From positions 1-39,756 of the IMG/VR virus record IMGVR_UViG_3300039305_000009: a DNA stretch of 39,756 bases, one strand, 5' to 3'. The notes beneath the pieces were generated by a model. The model was not told the origin of the DNA. It worked only from the letters and a program-made list of their open reading frames with translations, and did not search any database. Both the position numbers and the translations under genes were made by a program. Positions 15,117 to 23,947 of the stretch are shown here, in pieces. Origin of the DNA: a virus. Its lineage: Duplodnaviria; Caudoviricetes. Position 1 is the first letter of the stretch. Each line of letters opens with the position of its first letter.

Positions 15117-16440
15117 GGTTCCTCGCAAGCTCCGGCCGCTTCTCGGGCCGTGCCGGTACAAGGGGGCCTACGGTGGGCGTGGCGGCGCGAAGTCGCACTT
15201 TTTCGCTGAGCAGATCATCGTCCGCTGCCTGACCAGGCCAACGCGCGTGGTCTGCATTCGGGAGGTGCAGAACTCGATCAAGGATTCGGTCCGCCAGTTG
15301 CTGGTGGACAAGCTCGCCAAGCTGGGGGTCCAGACGGCGTTCGAGGTATTGGAGACGGAGATTCGCGGTCCTGCGGGGTCGCTGATCGTCTTCAAGGGCA
15401 TGCAGTCGTACAACGCGGACAACATCAAGTCCCTGGAAGCGTATGACCTGGCATGGGTGGAGGAGGCGCAGACCTTCAGCCAGCATTCCCTAGACCTGCT
15501 GCGGCCGACTCTTCGCAAGGAGGGCTCGGAGCTGTGGTTTAGCTGGAACCCTCGGTACAAGACGGACGCGGTAGACAAGTTCTTCCGCAAGAGCCCGCCA
15601 CCCGACGCTGTGTCGGTGCGGGTGAACTGGTCGGACAACCCATGGTTCCCTGAAGTCTTGCGGCGCGAGATGCTGCATGACTTCCAGGTCGATCCTGACA
15701 AGGCCGAGCACATCTGGAACGGTGCCTACGGTGCCAGCCAAGGCGCGATTCTGGCCCGGTGGGTTGGTCGGGCAGAGCGGGAAGGCCGGATCAGCGACGA
15801 CATCGTGTTTGACCCAAACGGGGCGCCGGTCGATGTTTCGTCGGACCTGGGCTACCGAGATACGGCGTCTTGGTGGTTCTGGCAGCGCACCACGGGAGGT
15901 TTCCACCTCCTGAAGTACCGGGGCGACTCGGGAATGGATGCGCAGGACTGGATACCTGAGATCAAGAAGATTCTTGGTGAGCTTGGAGTCTCAAAGCTCG
16001 GAAGGATTTGGCTACCGCATGACGCGAAGGCCAAGACCTTCCAGAGCAAGCGAACGTCCATTGAGCAATTCCTTGAAGCGTTCGGGGCTGGTCATGTTGG
16101 CGTGGTCCCGCAGTCGCGCAAGGCTGACCAGATCAACGCAGCACGAACCGCTCTCCCGCGCTGTGCGTTCAACAAGACGCTATGCGAGGACGGAATTGAC
16201 GGGCTGATGGCCTGGGAATTCGAGTGGAACGAGGAAACCGGGGTGTTCAGCAAAGAGCCCTTGCACAACTGGGCCTCGCACCCCTCTGACGCATTCGCCT
16301 ACGGCTGCCAAGTGATGGAGCTGGAGCCAGAACAACCGAAGCCGCCTGCCGGGCCGCCAAGGAGCCTGGTTGTCGGCATTCCATCAGTCACGCCCGAGGA
16401 GCTGTGGGCAACCGTGGAAAGACCTTCCGGAAGGATCTGA
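15097..16440 (+). CDS. terL: terminase large subunit, PBSX family
   Basis: Walker A YGGRGGAKS, CIREVQNSI, Walker B WVEEA, SWNP, C-terminal nuclease DLG...HPSDAF; TTG start inferred. Confidence 0.95.
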   Translation: MSILRIEVPRKLRPLLGPCRYKGAYGGRGGAKSHFFAEQIIVRCLTRPTRVVCIREVQNSIKDSVRQLLVDKLAKLGVQTAFEVLETEIRGPAGSLIVFKGMQSYNADNIKSLEAYDLAWVEEAQTFSQHSLDLLRPTLRKEGSELWFSWNPRYKTDAVDKFFRKSPPPDAVSVRVNWSDNPWFPEVLRREMLHDFQVDPDKAEHIWNGAYGASQGAILARWVGRAEREGRISDDIVFDPNGAPVDVSSDLGYRDTASWWFWQRTTGGFHLLKYRGDSGMDAQDWIPEIKKILGELGVSKLGRIWLPHDAKAKTFQSKRTSIEQFLEAFGAGHVGVVPQSRKADQINAARTALPRCAFNKTLCEDGIDGLMAWEFEWNEETGVFSKEPLHNWASHPSDAFAYGCQVMELEPEQPKPPAGPPRSLVVGIPSVTPEELWATVERPSGRI

Positions 16441-16441
16441 G

Positions 16442-16579
16442 ATGGCTGGGATTGTGATTGCCTGCTTTGAAGGGCCGGATGGTGTGCCGGTGGCTGTGTC
16501 CGGGGCCAATCCGCTGCCTGCTGGTGCGCCTGCGCCCGCACCGGCTCCTGCGCCCGCGCCGGAAGGGAGTGACGAATGA
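16442..16579 (+). CDS. small Pro/Ala-rich peptide paralogous to the N-terminus of the next gene (45 aa)
   Basis: MAGIVIACFEGPDGVPVAVSGANPLP followed by a PA repeat; AAGGA RBS; ATGA overlap. Confidence 0.6.
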   Translation: MAGIVIACFEGPDGVPVAVSGANPLPAGAPAPAPAPAPAPEGSDE

Positions 16580-17451
16580 GCGGCACCGCGGTTCTGTGCT
16601 ACCTGGACGCAAACGGCAATCCTGTTGCTGTTTCGGCCGCCAACCCGCTGCCGCTGAACAACACCGGCCCGGCGTCCATTCCTGAGTCCGAGAAGGGCCA
16701 GCCCAACGGCGTAGCCACGCTGGATGCCTCTGGGAAGGTTCCGACGAGCCAGCTCCCGGTTGGCGATGTCACCTACAAGGGCAATTGGAACGCCACCACG
16801 AACACGCCGACGCTGGCGGACGGCGTTGGCGACGCGGGCGACCTGTACATCTGCGACGTCGCAGGCACGCAGAACTTGGGCGGTGGCGACGTCGCCTATT
16901 CGGTCGGGGACTGGCTGATCTACGACGGCGCAGTCTGGGACCGCGTTCCGGCAGCCAGCGCGGCTCCTGCGAACCCGACCGCCACGGTTGGACTGACGGC
17001 GAAGAACGGCACCGCTCCCACGTTCATGCGTTCGGATGCCGCGCCCGCGCTTGATCCTTCGGTACTGCACGGCCTGTTTGCAGCCATCGTCGCCACAGAC
17101 GGCAAGGTGAACCAGGCGGCGAACGTCAACTCACCCACGTTCTACCCCGTCACGGTCAGCGGCATGTATCGCTTCTCGGCCTACGTGGTCGTATCGCAGG
17201 CGGCCACCACGTCCTCCACGATGCCCAGCTGCAGCGTCTCGTACACCGAGGCCACGACTGGCGTCGTCGTTCAAGACATGGTTACCACGACCGCGACCAA
17301 CAACCAAGTTGGCCTGCACTCTGGCGGTTCTGTCGTCATCGCAGCGCAGCAGGGCAGCAACATCGGCTACATCACCAGCAACTACGCGTCCTCGGGGGCC
17401 ACTCCGATGCAGTATGCGGTGCGCGTCAAGGTCGAATACCTCGGCGGTTAG
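16576..17451 (+). CDS. putative head fibre or decoration protein (291 aa)
   Basis: PVAVSAANPLP, GVATLDASGKVPTSQLP and YKGNWNATTNTPTL...GDW..YDG..W fibre-type motifs; beta-rich C-terminus. Confidence 0.6.
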   Translation: MSGTAVLCYLDANGNPVAVSAANPLPLNNTGPASIPESEKGQPNGVATLDASGKVPTSQLPVGDVTYKGNWNATTNTPTLADGVGDAGDLYICDVAGTQNLGGGDVAYSVGDWLIYDGAVWDRVPAASAAPANPTATVGLTAKNGTAPTFMRSDAAPALDPSVLHGLFAAIVATDGKVNQAANVNSPTFYPVTVSGMYRFSAYVVVSQAATTSSTMPSCSVSYTEATTGVVVQDMVTTTATNNQVGLHSGGSVVIAAQQGSNIGYITSNYASSGATPMQYAVRVKVEYLGG

Positions 17452-17455
17452 CGGT

Positions 17456-19441
17456 ATGGCGACGAAGAAGCAAGCAACCACGAGCCCTGAGCAGAAAGAG
17501 GCTCAGCAGTGGTTGAAGGACATTGCCGCCTACGACACGGCCTTCAAGAAGTGGGAGGGGCGCGTCGAGAAGATCCTGAAGCGCTATCGGGATGAGCTGC
17601 GCAACAACCGCGATGGCGAGGCGAAGTTCAACATCCTCTGGTCCAACGTGCAGACGCTGGTGCCGGCGGTGTTCTCTCGGGTGCCCAAGCCTGATGTCTC
17701 GCGCCGGTTCAACGACAACGATCAAGTCGGGCGCGTTGCCTCGCTGATCCTTGAGCGCGCGCTCGACTACGAGGTCCAGCACTACGCCGACTACCGAACC
17801 ACGCTGAAGCAGGACATCCTGGATCGATTCCTGGGCGGACGGGGGACGGCCTGGGTGCGCTACGAGCCGCATTTTCGTGCCGTGGCCCAGGAACTGCCGA
17901 CCGATGGCGATCAGGTTACGGAAGACATTGACGAGCCGCAGGAGGAACTGGATTACGAGTGCGCTCCGGTGGACTACGTTCACTGGAAGGACTTTGGTCA
18001 TTCCGTCGCCCGGTCGTGGGATGAGGTGACGAGGGTCTGGCGCCTCGTCTACATGAACCGGCCGCAGCTCGTCGCGCGGTTCGGGGAAGAGATCGGCAAC
18101 AAGATTCCCCTGGACTCGCGCCCTGACGAAATGCGCCAGCGCGGCCCGCTCGCCTCGATGGAAGGCGAGGGCATGCAGGCCGTGATCATTGAGGGCTGGG
18201 ACAAGGAGAAGAAGGAAGCCGTCTGGATCAGCAAGTCACTCGGGGAATTCGTTGACCGCAAGCCAGACCCGCTGAAGCTGGAGAACTTCTGGCCCTGCCC
18301 GAAGCCGCTCTATGCCACGCTGACGAACGACAGCCTGATCCCGGTTCCGGACTTCACGCTGTACCAGGACCAGGCCAATGAGCTGGACATCCTATGCGAT
18401 CGGATCGACGGTCTGATCAAGGCGTTGAAGGTCCGTGGGGTGTACGACGCCTCGGTTCCGGAGTTGGGACGGCTGTTCACGGAAGGCGAGAACGGCACGC
18501 TGATCCCCGTCAAGAACTGGCAGGCCTTCGCGGACAAGATGGGCCTGAAGGGCGCCGTTGACCTGGTAGACATCGCTCCTATCGCCAAGGCGCTGATGGA
18601 TGCCTACAACGCCATGGAGCAGGTCAAGGGGCAGGTCTACGAGCTGACGGGCATCTCCGACATCGTGCGGGGCCAGTCGGAAGCCTCGGAGACGGCCACG
18701 GCGCAGAGGATCAAGGGCCAGTATGCGTCCCTGAGGCTGAAGTCGTACCAGGATGATGTGGCCAGGTTCGCAACCGAGTGCTTGCAGCTCAAGGCGCAGA
18801 TCATCTGCTCGAAGTTCGACCCGCAAACCATCCTGACGATGGCCGCGGCTGAGCAGCTGAACGACACCGACAAGAAGCTGATCCCGCAGGCGATGGCCCT
18901 GCTGATCGGCCAAGAGCGAATGATGGACCCGGCCAGCGACGGGGTGAACCCGCTTCGGTCGTTCCGGGTGGAGGTGGCCGCCGATTCCATGGTCCTGATC
19001 GATGAACAGGCCGAAAAGGAGTCTGCTACCGAGTTCCTGACGGCCGTGGGAGGCTTCCTCCAGCAAGGTGCCGAAGTTGCGCAGTCGGCGCCGGATGTGG
19101 TGCCGCTGCTGTTCGAGCTGATCAAGTTCGGCGCCCAGAAATTCCGGGCTGGCCGGCAGATCGAGGGCGTCATCGATGCGGCGCTGGACCAGATCAAGCA
19201 GAAGATGCAGCAGCAAGCCATGCAGCCGCCTCCTCCTGACCCGAAGCTGGAGGCCGAGAAGATCAAGGCCGATGCCCTCAAGGCGAAGGTGCAGAGCGAG
19301 CAACAAATCGCGCCGATCAAGGCCCAGGCCGAGATGGTCAAAGCCAAAGCAGGGGTGATCCAAGCGCAGACCGACCTTCAGACCGCGCAGGTGCAGGCCA
19401 CGATGCCGCCTCCTGTGGTGCAGCCAGGAGCGATGCAGTGA
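17456..19441 (+). CDS. portal protein (661 aa)
   Basis: FNILWSNVQTL.P, YELTGISDIVRG..ASETATAQ; Gln-rich C-terminal coiled coil; position. Confidence 0.88.
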   Translation: MATKKQATTSPEQKEAQQWLKDIAAYDTAFKKWEGRVEKILKRYRDELRNNRDGEAKFNILWSNVQTLVPAVFSRVPKPDVSRRFNDNDQVGRVASLILERALDYEVQHYADYRTTLKQDILDRFLGGRGTAWVRYEPHFRAVAQELPTDGDQVTEDIDEPQEELDYECAPVDYVHWKDFGHSVARSWDEVTRVWRLVYMNRPQLVARFGEEIGNKIPLDSRPDEMRQRGPLASMEGEGMQAVIIEGWDKEKKEAVWISKSLGEFVDRKPDPLKLENFWPCPKPLYATLTNDSLIPVPDFTLYQDQANELDILCDRIDGLIKALKVRGVYDASVPELGRLFTEGENGTLIPVKNWQAFADKMGLKGAVDLVDIAPIAKALMDAYNAMEQVKGQVYELTGISDIVRGQSEASETATAQRIKGQYASLRLKSYQDDVARFATECLQLKAQIICSKFDPQTILTMAAAEQLNDTDKKLIPQAMALLIGQERMMDPASDGVNPLRSFRVEVAADSMVLIDEQAEKESATEFLTAVGGFLQQGAEVAQSAPDVVPLLFELIKFGAQKFRAGRQIEGVIDAALDQIKQKMQQQAMQPPPPDPKLEAEKIKADALKAKVQSEQQIAPIKAQAEMVKAKAGVIQAQTDLQTAQVQATMPPPVVQPGAMQ

Positions 19442-19599
19442 GTTATCCCAAGATCGTTCACATGGGGCTGGGCATCATCGCTATAGCCAGGACTCCAGCG
19501 GAGGAGGTCCTGTTGCGCGGCAGCACACTGAGGTGCAATCTGATCGTCGGATTGCTAGGGCTCGTCGGTGTTCTTGTTCTCGCTGCTTGGGTTGCATAG
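19438..19599 (+). CDS. small membrane protein (53 aa; not in ORF track)
   Basis: GTGA overlap with the portal stop; C-terminal LIVGLLGLVGVLVLAAWVA. Confidence 0.5.
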   Translation: MSYPKIVHMGLGIIAIARTPAEEVLLRGSTLRCNLIVGLLGLVGVLVLAAWVA

Positions 19600-19601
19600 G
19601 A

Positions 19602-19886
19602 ATGAGAACCCGCTTCATCCAAGACCCCGAAACCCTGGAACTCGTCCCCGCCGACGAGTTCTACGACCGACGGGACGTGAGCGCGCCGATGGTCATGCCG
19701 GACATCCAGCCCTACCGCTCGATGATCGACGGCCAGATGATCACCTCGCGCTCCAAGCACCGCGAGCACCTGAAAGCCAATGGGTGCATCGAGGTGGGGA
19801 ACGACTGGAAGCCGCCGCAACGCAAGGTGGACCCGCACGCTGGCCTGAAGCGTCGGATAGCCGACATCGTGAATTCGCGCCTCTAG
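19602..19886 (+). CDS. conserved head-module protein (94 aa)
   Basis: APMVMPDIQPYRSMIDG..ITSRS.HREHLK.NGCIEVGND motif. Confidence 0.8.
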   Translation: MRTRFIQDPETLELVPADEFYDRRDVSAPMVMPDIQPYRSMIDGQMITSRSKHREHLKANGCIEVGNDWKPPQRKVDPHAGLKRRIADIVNSRL

Positions 19887-19907
19887 GCGCCACCAGGTTT
19901 CATCAAC

Positions 19908-19934
19908 AAGCCGCCTTCGGGCGGCTTTTCTTTT
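19908..19934 (+). terminator. intrinsic terminator-like hairpin
   Basis: AAGCCGCC-TTCG-GGCGGCTT followed by a T run. Confidence 0.75.
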
Positions 19935-19943
19935 GGGAAAAGC

Positions 19944-20969
19944 ATGAGCGAGCAAACCACTTTGCGCGATCAGCTTACGGGCGCCTTCGATGCCGCGCTT
20001 GAAGCCGATCCAGGTGAGGCCCAGACCGTTGAGACCGGCGAGGTTCAGCAGGTCGCCGAGACGGCCGAACAGACGGCCCAGCGGGAGCAACGGGAGCGCG
20101 ACGAGCGGGGCCGGTTCGCTCCGAGGCAGGAGCAGCAGGCCGCGGAGCAAGGGCAGCAGGTCCAGCAAGCCCAGCCCAAGCAGCGCCCTCCGCGGCCTTC
20201 GACGTGGAAAAAGGAGGTGGTCGAGAAGTACTGGGACGCGATCGATCCCGAGCTTGCCGATTACCTCCAGACCCGCGAGCAGCAGTACGCGCAGGGCGTC
20301 TCGACCTACAAGCAGGAGTGGGAGCGGGTCAAGCCTCTGGGCGAGGCCATGCAGGAGTTCATGCCCCTGCTGCAGCAGCACCGCATCGATCCCGGTCAGT
20401 GGATCAGGAATCTAGGGAACGCGCACCGCGTCTTGGCTCTGGGAAGCCCGGAGGAGAAGGCGGCGATGTTCCAGCAACTGGCGCAGAGCTACGGTGTCCA
20501 GTTGGGACAAGAGCAACAGCAAGGCGATCCCAACGTCTCGCGTTTCGCGCAGGAACTGCATCACCTGCGCAGCCAAGTGAACCACTTCATGACGGCTGCA
20601 CAGCGGGCAGAACAGGCGCGAGTGCAAGGCGAGATCGCCAAGTTCAGTGAGGCCAAGCCTCACTTCGAGAAGGTACGGGGGACGATGGCTCAACTACTTG
20701 AGTCCGGTGTCGCAACCGACCTTGACACGGCCTACGAGAAGGCAGTCCGTCTGCATGACGACGTGTTCCAGGAGGTGCAGGCCGAAAAGGCCCGCACCGC
20801 CGAGGAAGAGCGCCGCCGTGCGCAGGTGGAAGCCGTCTCCCGGGCCAAGGCCAACGCCGTCTCCGTGAAAGGGGCTACCCCCTCCAGCGTAGTCAAGACG
20901 ACGCAGGCCAAAGGTTTGCGCGCGCAACTGGAGGAGGCCGCAGAGGCCCACCTTGCCGCGCGGGTTTGA
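19944..20969 (+). CDS. capsid scaffolding protein
   Basis: Acidic Gln-rich helical protein with RDERGRFA motif; directly upstream of the capsid gene. Confidence 0.8.
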   Translation: MSEQTTLRDQLTGAFDAALEADPGEAQTVETGEVQQVAETAEQTAQREQRERDERGRFAPRQEQQAAEQGQQVQQAQPKQRPPRPSTWKKEVVEKYWDAIDPELADYLQTREQQYAQGVSTYKQEWERVKPLGEAMQEFMPLLQQHRIDPGQWIRNLGNAHRVLALGSPEEKAAMFQQLAQSYGVQLGQEQQQGDPNVSRFAQELHHLRSQVNHFMTAAQRAEQARVQGEIAKFSEAKPHFEKVRGTMAQLLESGVATDLDTAYEKAVRLHDDVFQEVQAEKARTAEEERRRAQVEAVSRAKANAVSVKGATPSSVVKTTQAKGLRAQLEEAAEAHLAARV

Positions 20970-20993
20970 CACATCGACTCAAGGAGCTAGTCC

Positions 20994-22007
20994 ATGGCTT
21001 TTCCGAACGCCGCGGTCTCCGACATCATTGCGACGACCATCCAAAGTCGCTCTGGTGAGCTGGCCGACAACCTGACCAACAACAACGCGCTTCTGGCGCG
21101 TCTTCGCCGCAAAGGCAACGTGCGCACCGTCTCGGGCGGCAACGTGATCTTCGAGGAGATCATGTACAACGACCCGAGCACGGTCAACGCCAACAGCTAC
21201 TCGGGCTACGAGCTGCTGAACGTGGCTCCTAACAGCCCGATCAGCGCCGCGCAGTTCAACTTCGCGCAGTACTACGCCTCCATCTCCATGTCCGGCCTGG
21301 AAATGCTCCAGAACTCGGGCAAGGAGCAGATCATCGATCTGCTGGAAGGCCGAGTGAAGGTGGCCGAGGCCCAGCTTCTGAACCGCATCAGCCAGGACAT
21401 CTACCTGGATGGCACCGGCAACGGCGGCAAGAACCTGACCGGCCTGGGCGCTGCAGTCCCGGATGCCCCGAACACGGGCACCTACGGTGGCATTGACCGT
21501 GCGACCTGGGCGTTCTGGCGTCCGGTGAAGTTCTCCGGCACCACCGATGGCGGCTCAGCAGTCTCCTCGGCCAACATCATGGCCTACATGACCCGGCTGG
21601 CGATCCAGCTGGTCCGTGGCCGTGACAAGACCGACCTGATCGTCGCGGACAACAACTACTACGCCCTGTACGCGCAAGCCCTGCAGGCGATCCAGCGCGT
21701 GACCTCGGACGGCTCGGAGAACGGCGTCGGCGCCGGCTTCCAGTCGCTGAAGTTCTACGCTGGCGGCGCTTCGGCCGACGTGGTTCTGGACGGCGGTGTC
21801 TACCAAGGCACCACCGGCGCCACGTCCAACCACATGTGGTTCCTGAACACGGACTACATCCACTTCCGCCCGCACCGTGACCGGAACTTCGTTCCGCTGG
21901 GCGGCGAGCGGCAAGCCGTCAACCAAGACGCCATCGTCAAGCTCATCGGCTGGGCGGGGAACATGACGACCTCCGGGTCGATGTTCCAGGGCGTCCTCAT
22001 CGCCTGA
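20994..22007 (+). CDS. major capsid protein
   Basis: SDIIATTIQSRSGELADNLTNNNALL...DGTGNGGK.LTGL...YGGIDR; strong RBS. Confidence 0.92.
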   Translation: MAFPNAAVSDIIATTIQSRSGELADNLTNNNALLARLRRKGNVRTVSGGNVIFEEIMYNDPSTVNANSYSGYELLNVAPNSPISAAQFNFAQYYASISMSGLEMLQNSGKEQIIDLLEGRVKVAEAQLLNRISQDIYLDGTGNGGKNLTGLGAAVPDAPNTGTYGGIDRATWAFWRPVKFSGTTDGGSAVSSANIMAYMTRLAIQLVRGRDKTDLIVADNNYYALYAQALQAIQRVTSDGSENGVGAGFQSLKFYAGGASADVVLDGGVYQGTTGATSNHMWFLNTDYIHFRPHRDRNFVPLGGERQAVNQDAIVKLIGWAGNMTTSGSMFQGVLIA

Positions 22008-22019
22008 AGGAGAGCGAAC

Positions 22020-22313
22020 ATGGCCTTTTCCGTCACTCCTGTCATCGGCACCGACCTGGCGAACACCGTCACGGCTGCCGACATCGCTGCGGGCCGCGCG
22101 ACGGTCCCCTTCGCCCTCGGCACGCAGGTCTGGGGCAACGATGGCAAGCGGTACGTCTTCGCGCGTGCCAACGCCGCCATCGCCGCCTCGACCGCCGTCT
22201 GCACGGTGAGCCCGACGACCTTCCTGGCGACGGCCACCGGCGGCGCCTACACGTCCCCCGCGACCGCGATGGTTTCGGGTGACTACGGCTGGTTCTCTGC
22301 CGCTTCCGTCTAA
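22020..22313 (+). CDS. capsid decoration or cement protein
   Basis: Small Ala/Thr-rich protein after the capsid gene; G..YVF.RA...GDYGWF. Confidence 0.7.
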   Translation: MAFSVTPVIGTDLANTVTAADIAAGRATVPFALGTQVWGNDGKRYVFARANAAIAASTAVCTVSPTTFLATATGGAYTSPATAMVSGDYGWFSAASV

Positions 22314-22332
22314 GACCCGTTCTTCGACGGCA

Positions 22333-22356
22333 GGCCCCGCTTCGGCGGGGCTTTTT
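22333..22356 (+). terminator. terminator after the capsid genes
   Basis: GCCCCGC-TTCG-GCGGGGC followed by T5. Confidence 0.85.
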
Positions 22357-22408
22357 CATGGGCTCATCCCGAGTTCATGAAAAAGCCCTCAACCACTTGA
22401 GAGACCAC

Positions 22409-23041
22409 ATGACGATGCTTGCTTCTGACGACATGAACCCGCAGTTCGTGGGTGCGCACAACCCCGACGACCGCCTGGCAGTCCGGTTCTTCCTGAAGGC
22501 CGAACAGAACAACTTCCTGTCCCAGCAGGAAGGGCGCCCCGTCTTCGAGGACAAGGTGTTTGTCCGCATCGAAGTCCCCGGCGATGCCAAGACGGTGATC
22601 GAGACCTATGCCCGCGAAGAGCACCAGCGCCGGTTCCCGCGGCAGTGGCTGTCCTTCCAGGCCAACCGTGAGAACCCCGAGACCGGGACGCCGCTGTCCG
22701 ACTGGCCGCTGATCACTGCATCGCAGGCCGAAATGCTCAAGGCGCAGAAGTTCCGCACGGTCGAGAGCATCGCGAATGCGTCGGATCTGCAGCTGCAGTC
22801 CATCGGGATGATCGCCGGCATGGCGCCCAAGGCGTTTCAGGAACGCGCTCGGGCCTTTCTGGCTGCTGCGTCTGGAACTGCGGATGTCCAGCGGATGGCG
22901 CAAGAGCTGGCCGAGCGTGACGAGAAGCTTGCGGCTCAAGCGGCGCAGCTAGCCCAAATCCAAGAGCAGATGGCCGCCCTCATGGCCGAGCGCAAGAAGC
23001 CCGGCCCCAAGCCCAAGGTCAAGGAAGAAGCCGAGGCGTAA
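22409..23041 (+). CDS. conserved morphogenesis-region protein
   Basis: EGRPVFED..FVRI.VPGD...GTPL..WP...TVE..A..SD; coiled-coil C-terminus. Confidence 0.8.
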   Translation: MTMLASDDMNPQFVGAHNPDDRLAVRFFLKAEQNNFLSQQEGRPVFEDKVFVRIEVPGDAKTVIETYAREEHQRRFPRQWLSFQANRENPETGTPLSDWPLITASQAEMLKAQKFRTVESIANASDLQLQSIGMIAGMAPKAFQERARAFLAAASGTADVQRMAQELAERDEKLAAQAAQLAQIQEQMAALMAERKKPGPKPKVKEEAEA

Positions 23042-23947
23042 ATGGCAACCGTCCTGCAACTCGTTCAGCAAGCCTGCGCAGAGATGGGGCTTCCCGTGCC
23101 TACGTCCCTGGCCGGCAACACCAGTCCCGACGCCATCCAGCTTCTGGGCCTGATCAATGCCGTTGGCTACGAGTTGCAGCGTGAGTTCCCCTGGCAGGCG
23201 CTGAACGTCGAGTATCGGTTCACGACGCAGTTTCAGGAGACGACGGGCACCCTGACGAATGGGAGCCCGGTCGTCACTGGCATTGCGGACACGGCGGGCT
23301 TGGACACGACCTACCAAGTGGTTGGAACCGGCATCAACACGGACGTGTACGTCCTGTCGGTGGACTCCGCCACACAAGTCACCCTGACGCAGCCATCGAC
23401 TGCTGACGGAGCGCAGACGCTGTACTTCTGCAAGACGAAGTACACCTTCCCCTCGGACTACGACCGGCCGATTGACCGGACCCAATGGGACAAGTCCAAG
23501 CACTGGGAGATGCTTGGTCCGGAGACTCCCCAGCAGTGGCAGTGGCTCAAGTCGGGCTACATCTCCACCGGCCCGCGGATTCGCTTCCGCCCGATGGGTG
23601 GGTTCTTTCAGGTCTGGCCGCCCATCTCGTCGGCTGAGTACCTCGGGTTCGAGTACATCTCGTCCAACTGGGCTCGCGACAACACCGGGACGGCGAAGGG
23701 TTCGTTCACCGCCGACACCGATACCTGCATCTTCCCCGACCGCCTGATGGTCCTTGGGCTGAAGCTGAAGTACTTCGAGTCCAAGCAGTTCGACACCACG
23801 GCCCACTATCGCAACTGGCTGTCCCAGCTGGACATCGCCAAGGCGAACGACGCCGGCTCTCAGACGCTCTCCATGTCTCCGCGTGCTGCGGATTTCCTGA
23901 TCAACTGGTGGAACATCCCTGACAGTGGCTACGGAGGGCAGTCGTGA
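23042..23947 (+). CDS. head-tail adaptor (tail tubular A-like)
   Basis: LQLVQQACAEMGL...WQAL...P.DYDR...D.LMVLGLK; position. Confidence 0.75.
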   Translation: MATVLQLVQQACAEMGLPVPTSLAGNTSPDAIQLLGLINAVGYELQREFPWQALNVEYRFTTQFQETTGTLTNGSPVVTGIADTAGLDTTYQVVGTGINTDVYVLSVDSATQVTLTQPSTADGAQTLYFCKTKYTFPSDYDRPIDRTQWDKSKHWEMLGPETPQQWQWLKSGYISTGPRIRFRPMGGFFQVWPPISSAEYLGFEYISSNWARDNTGTAKGSFTADTDTCIFPDRLMVLGLKLKYFESKQFDTTAHYRNWLSQLDIAKANDAGSQTLSMSPRAADFLINWWNIPDSGYGGQS

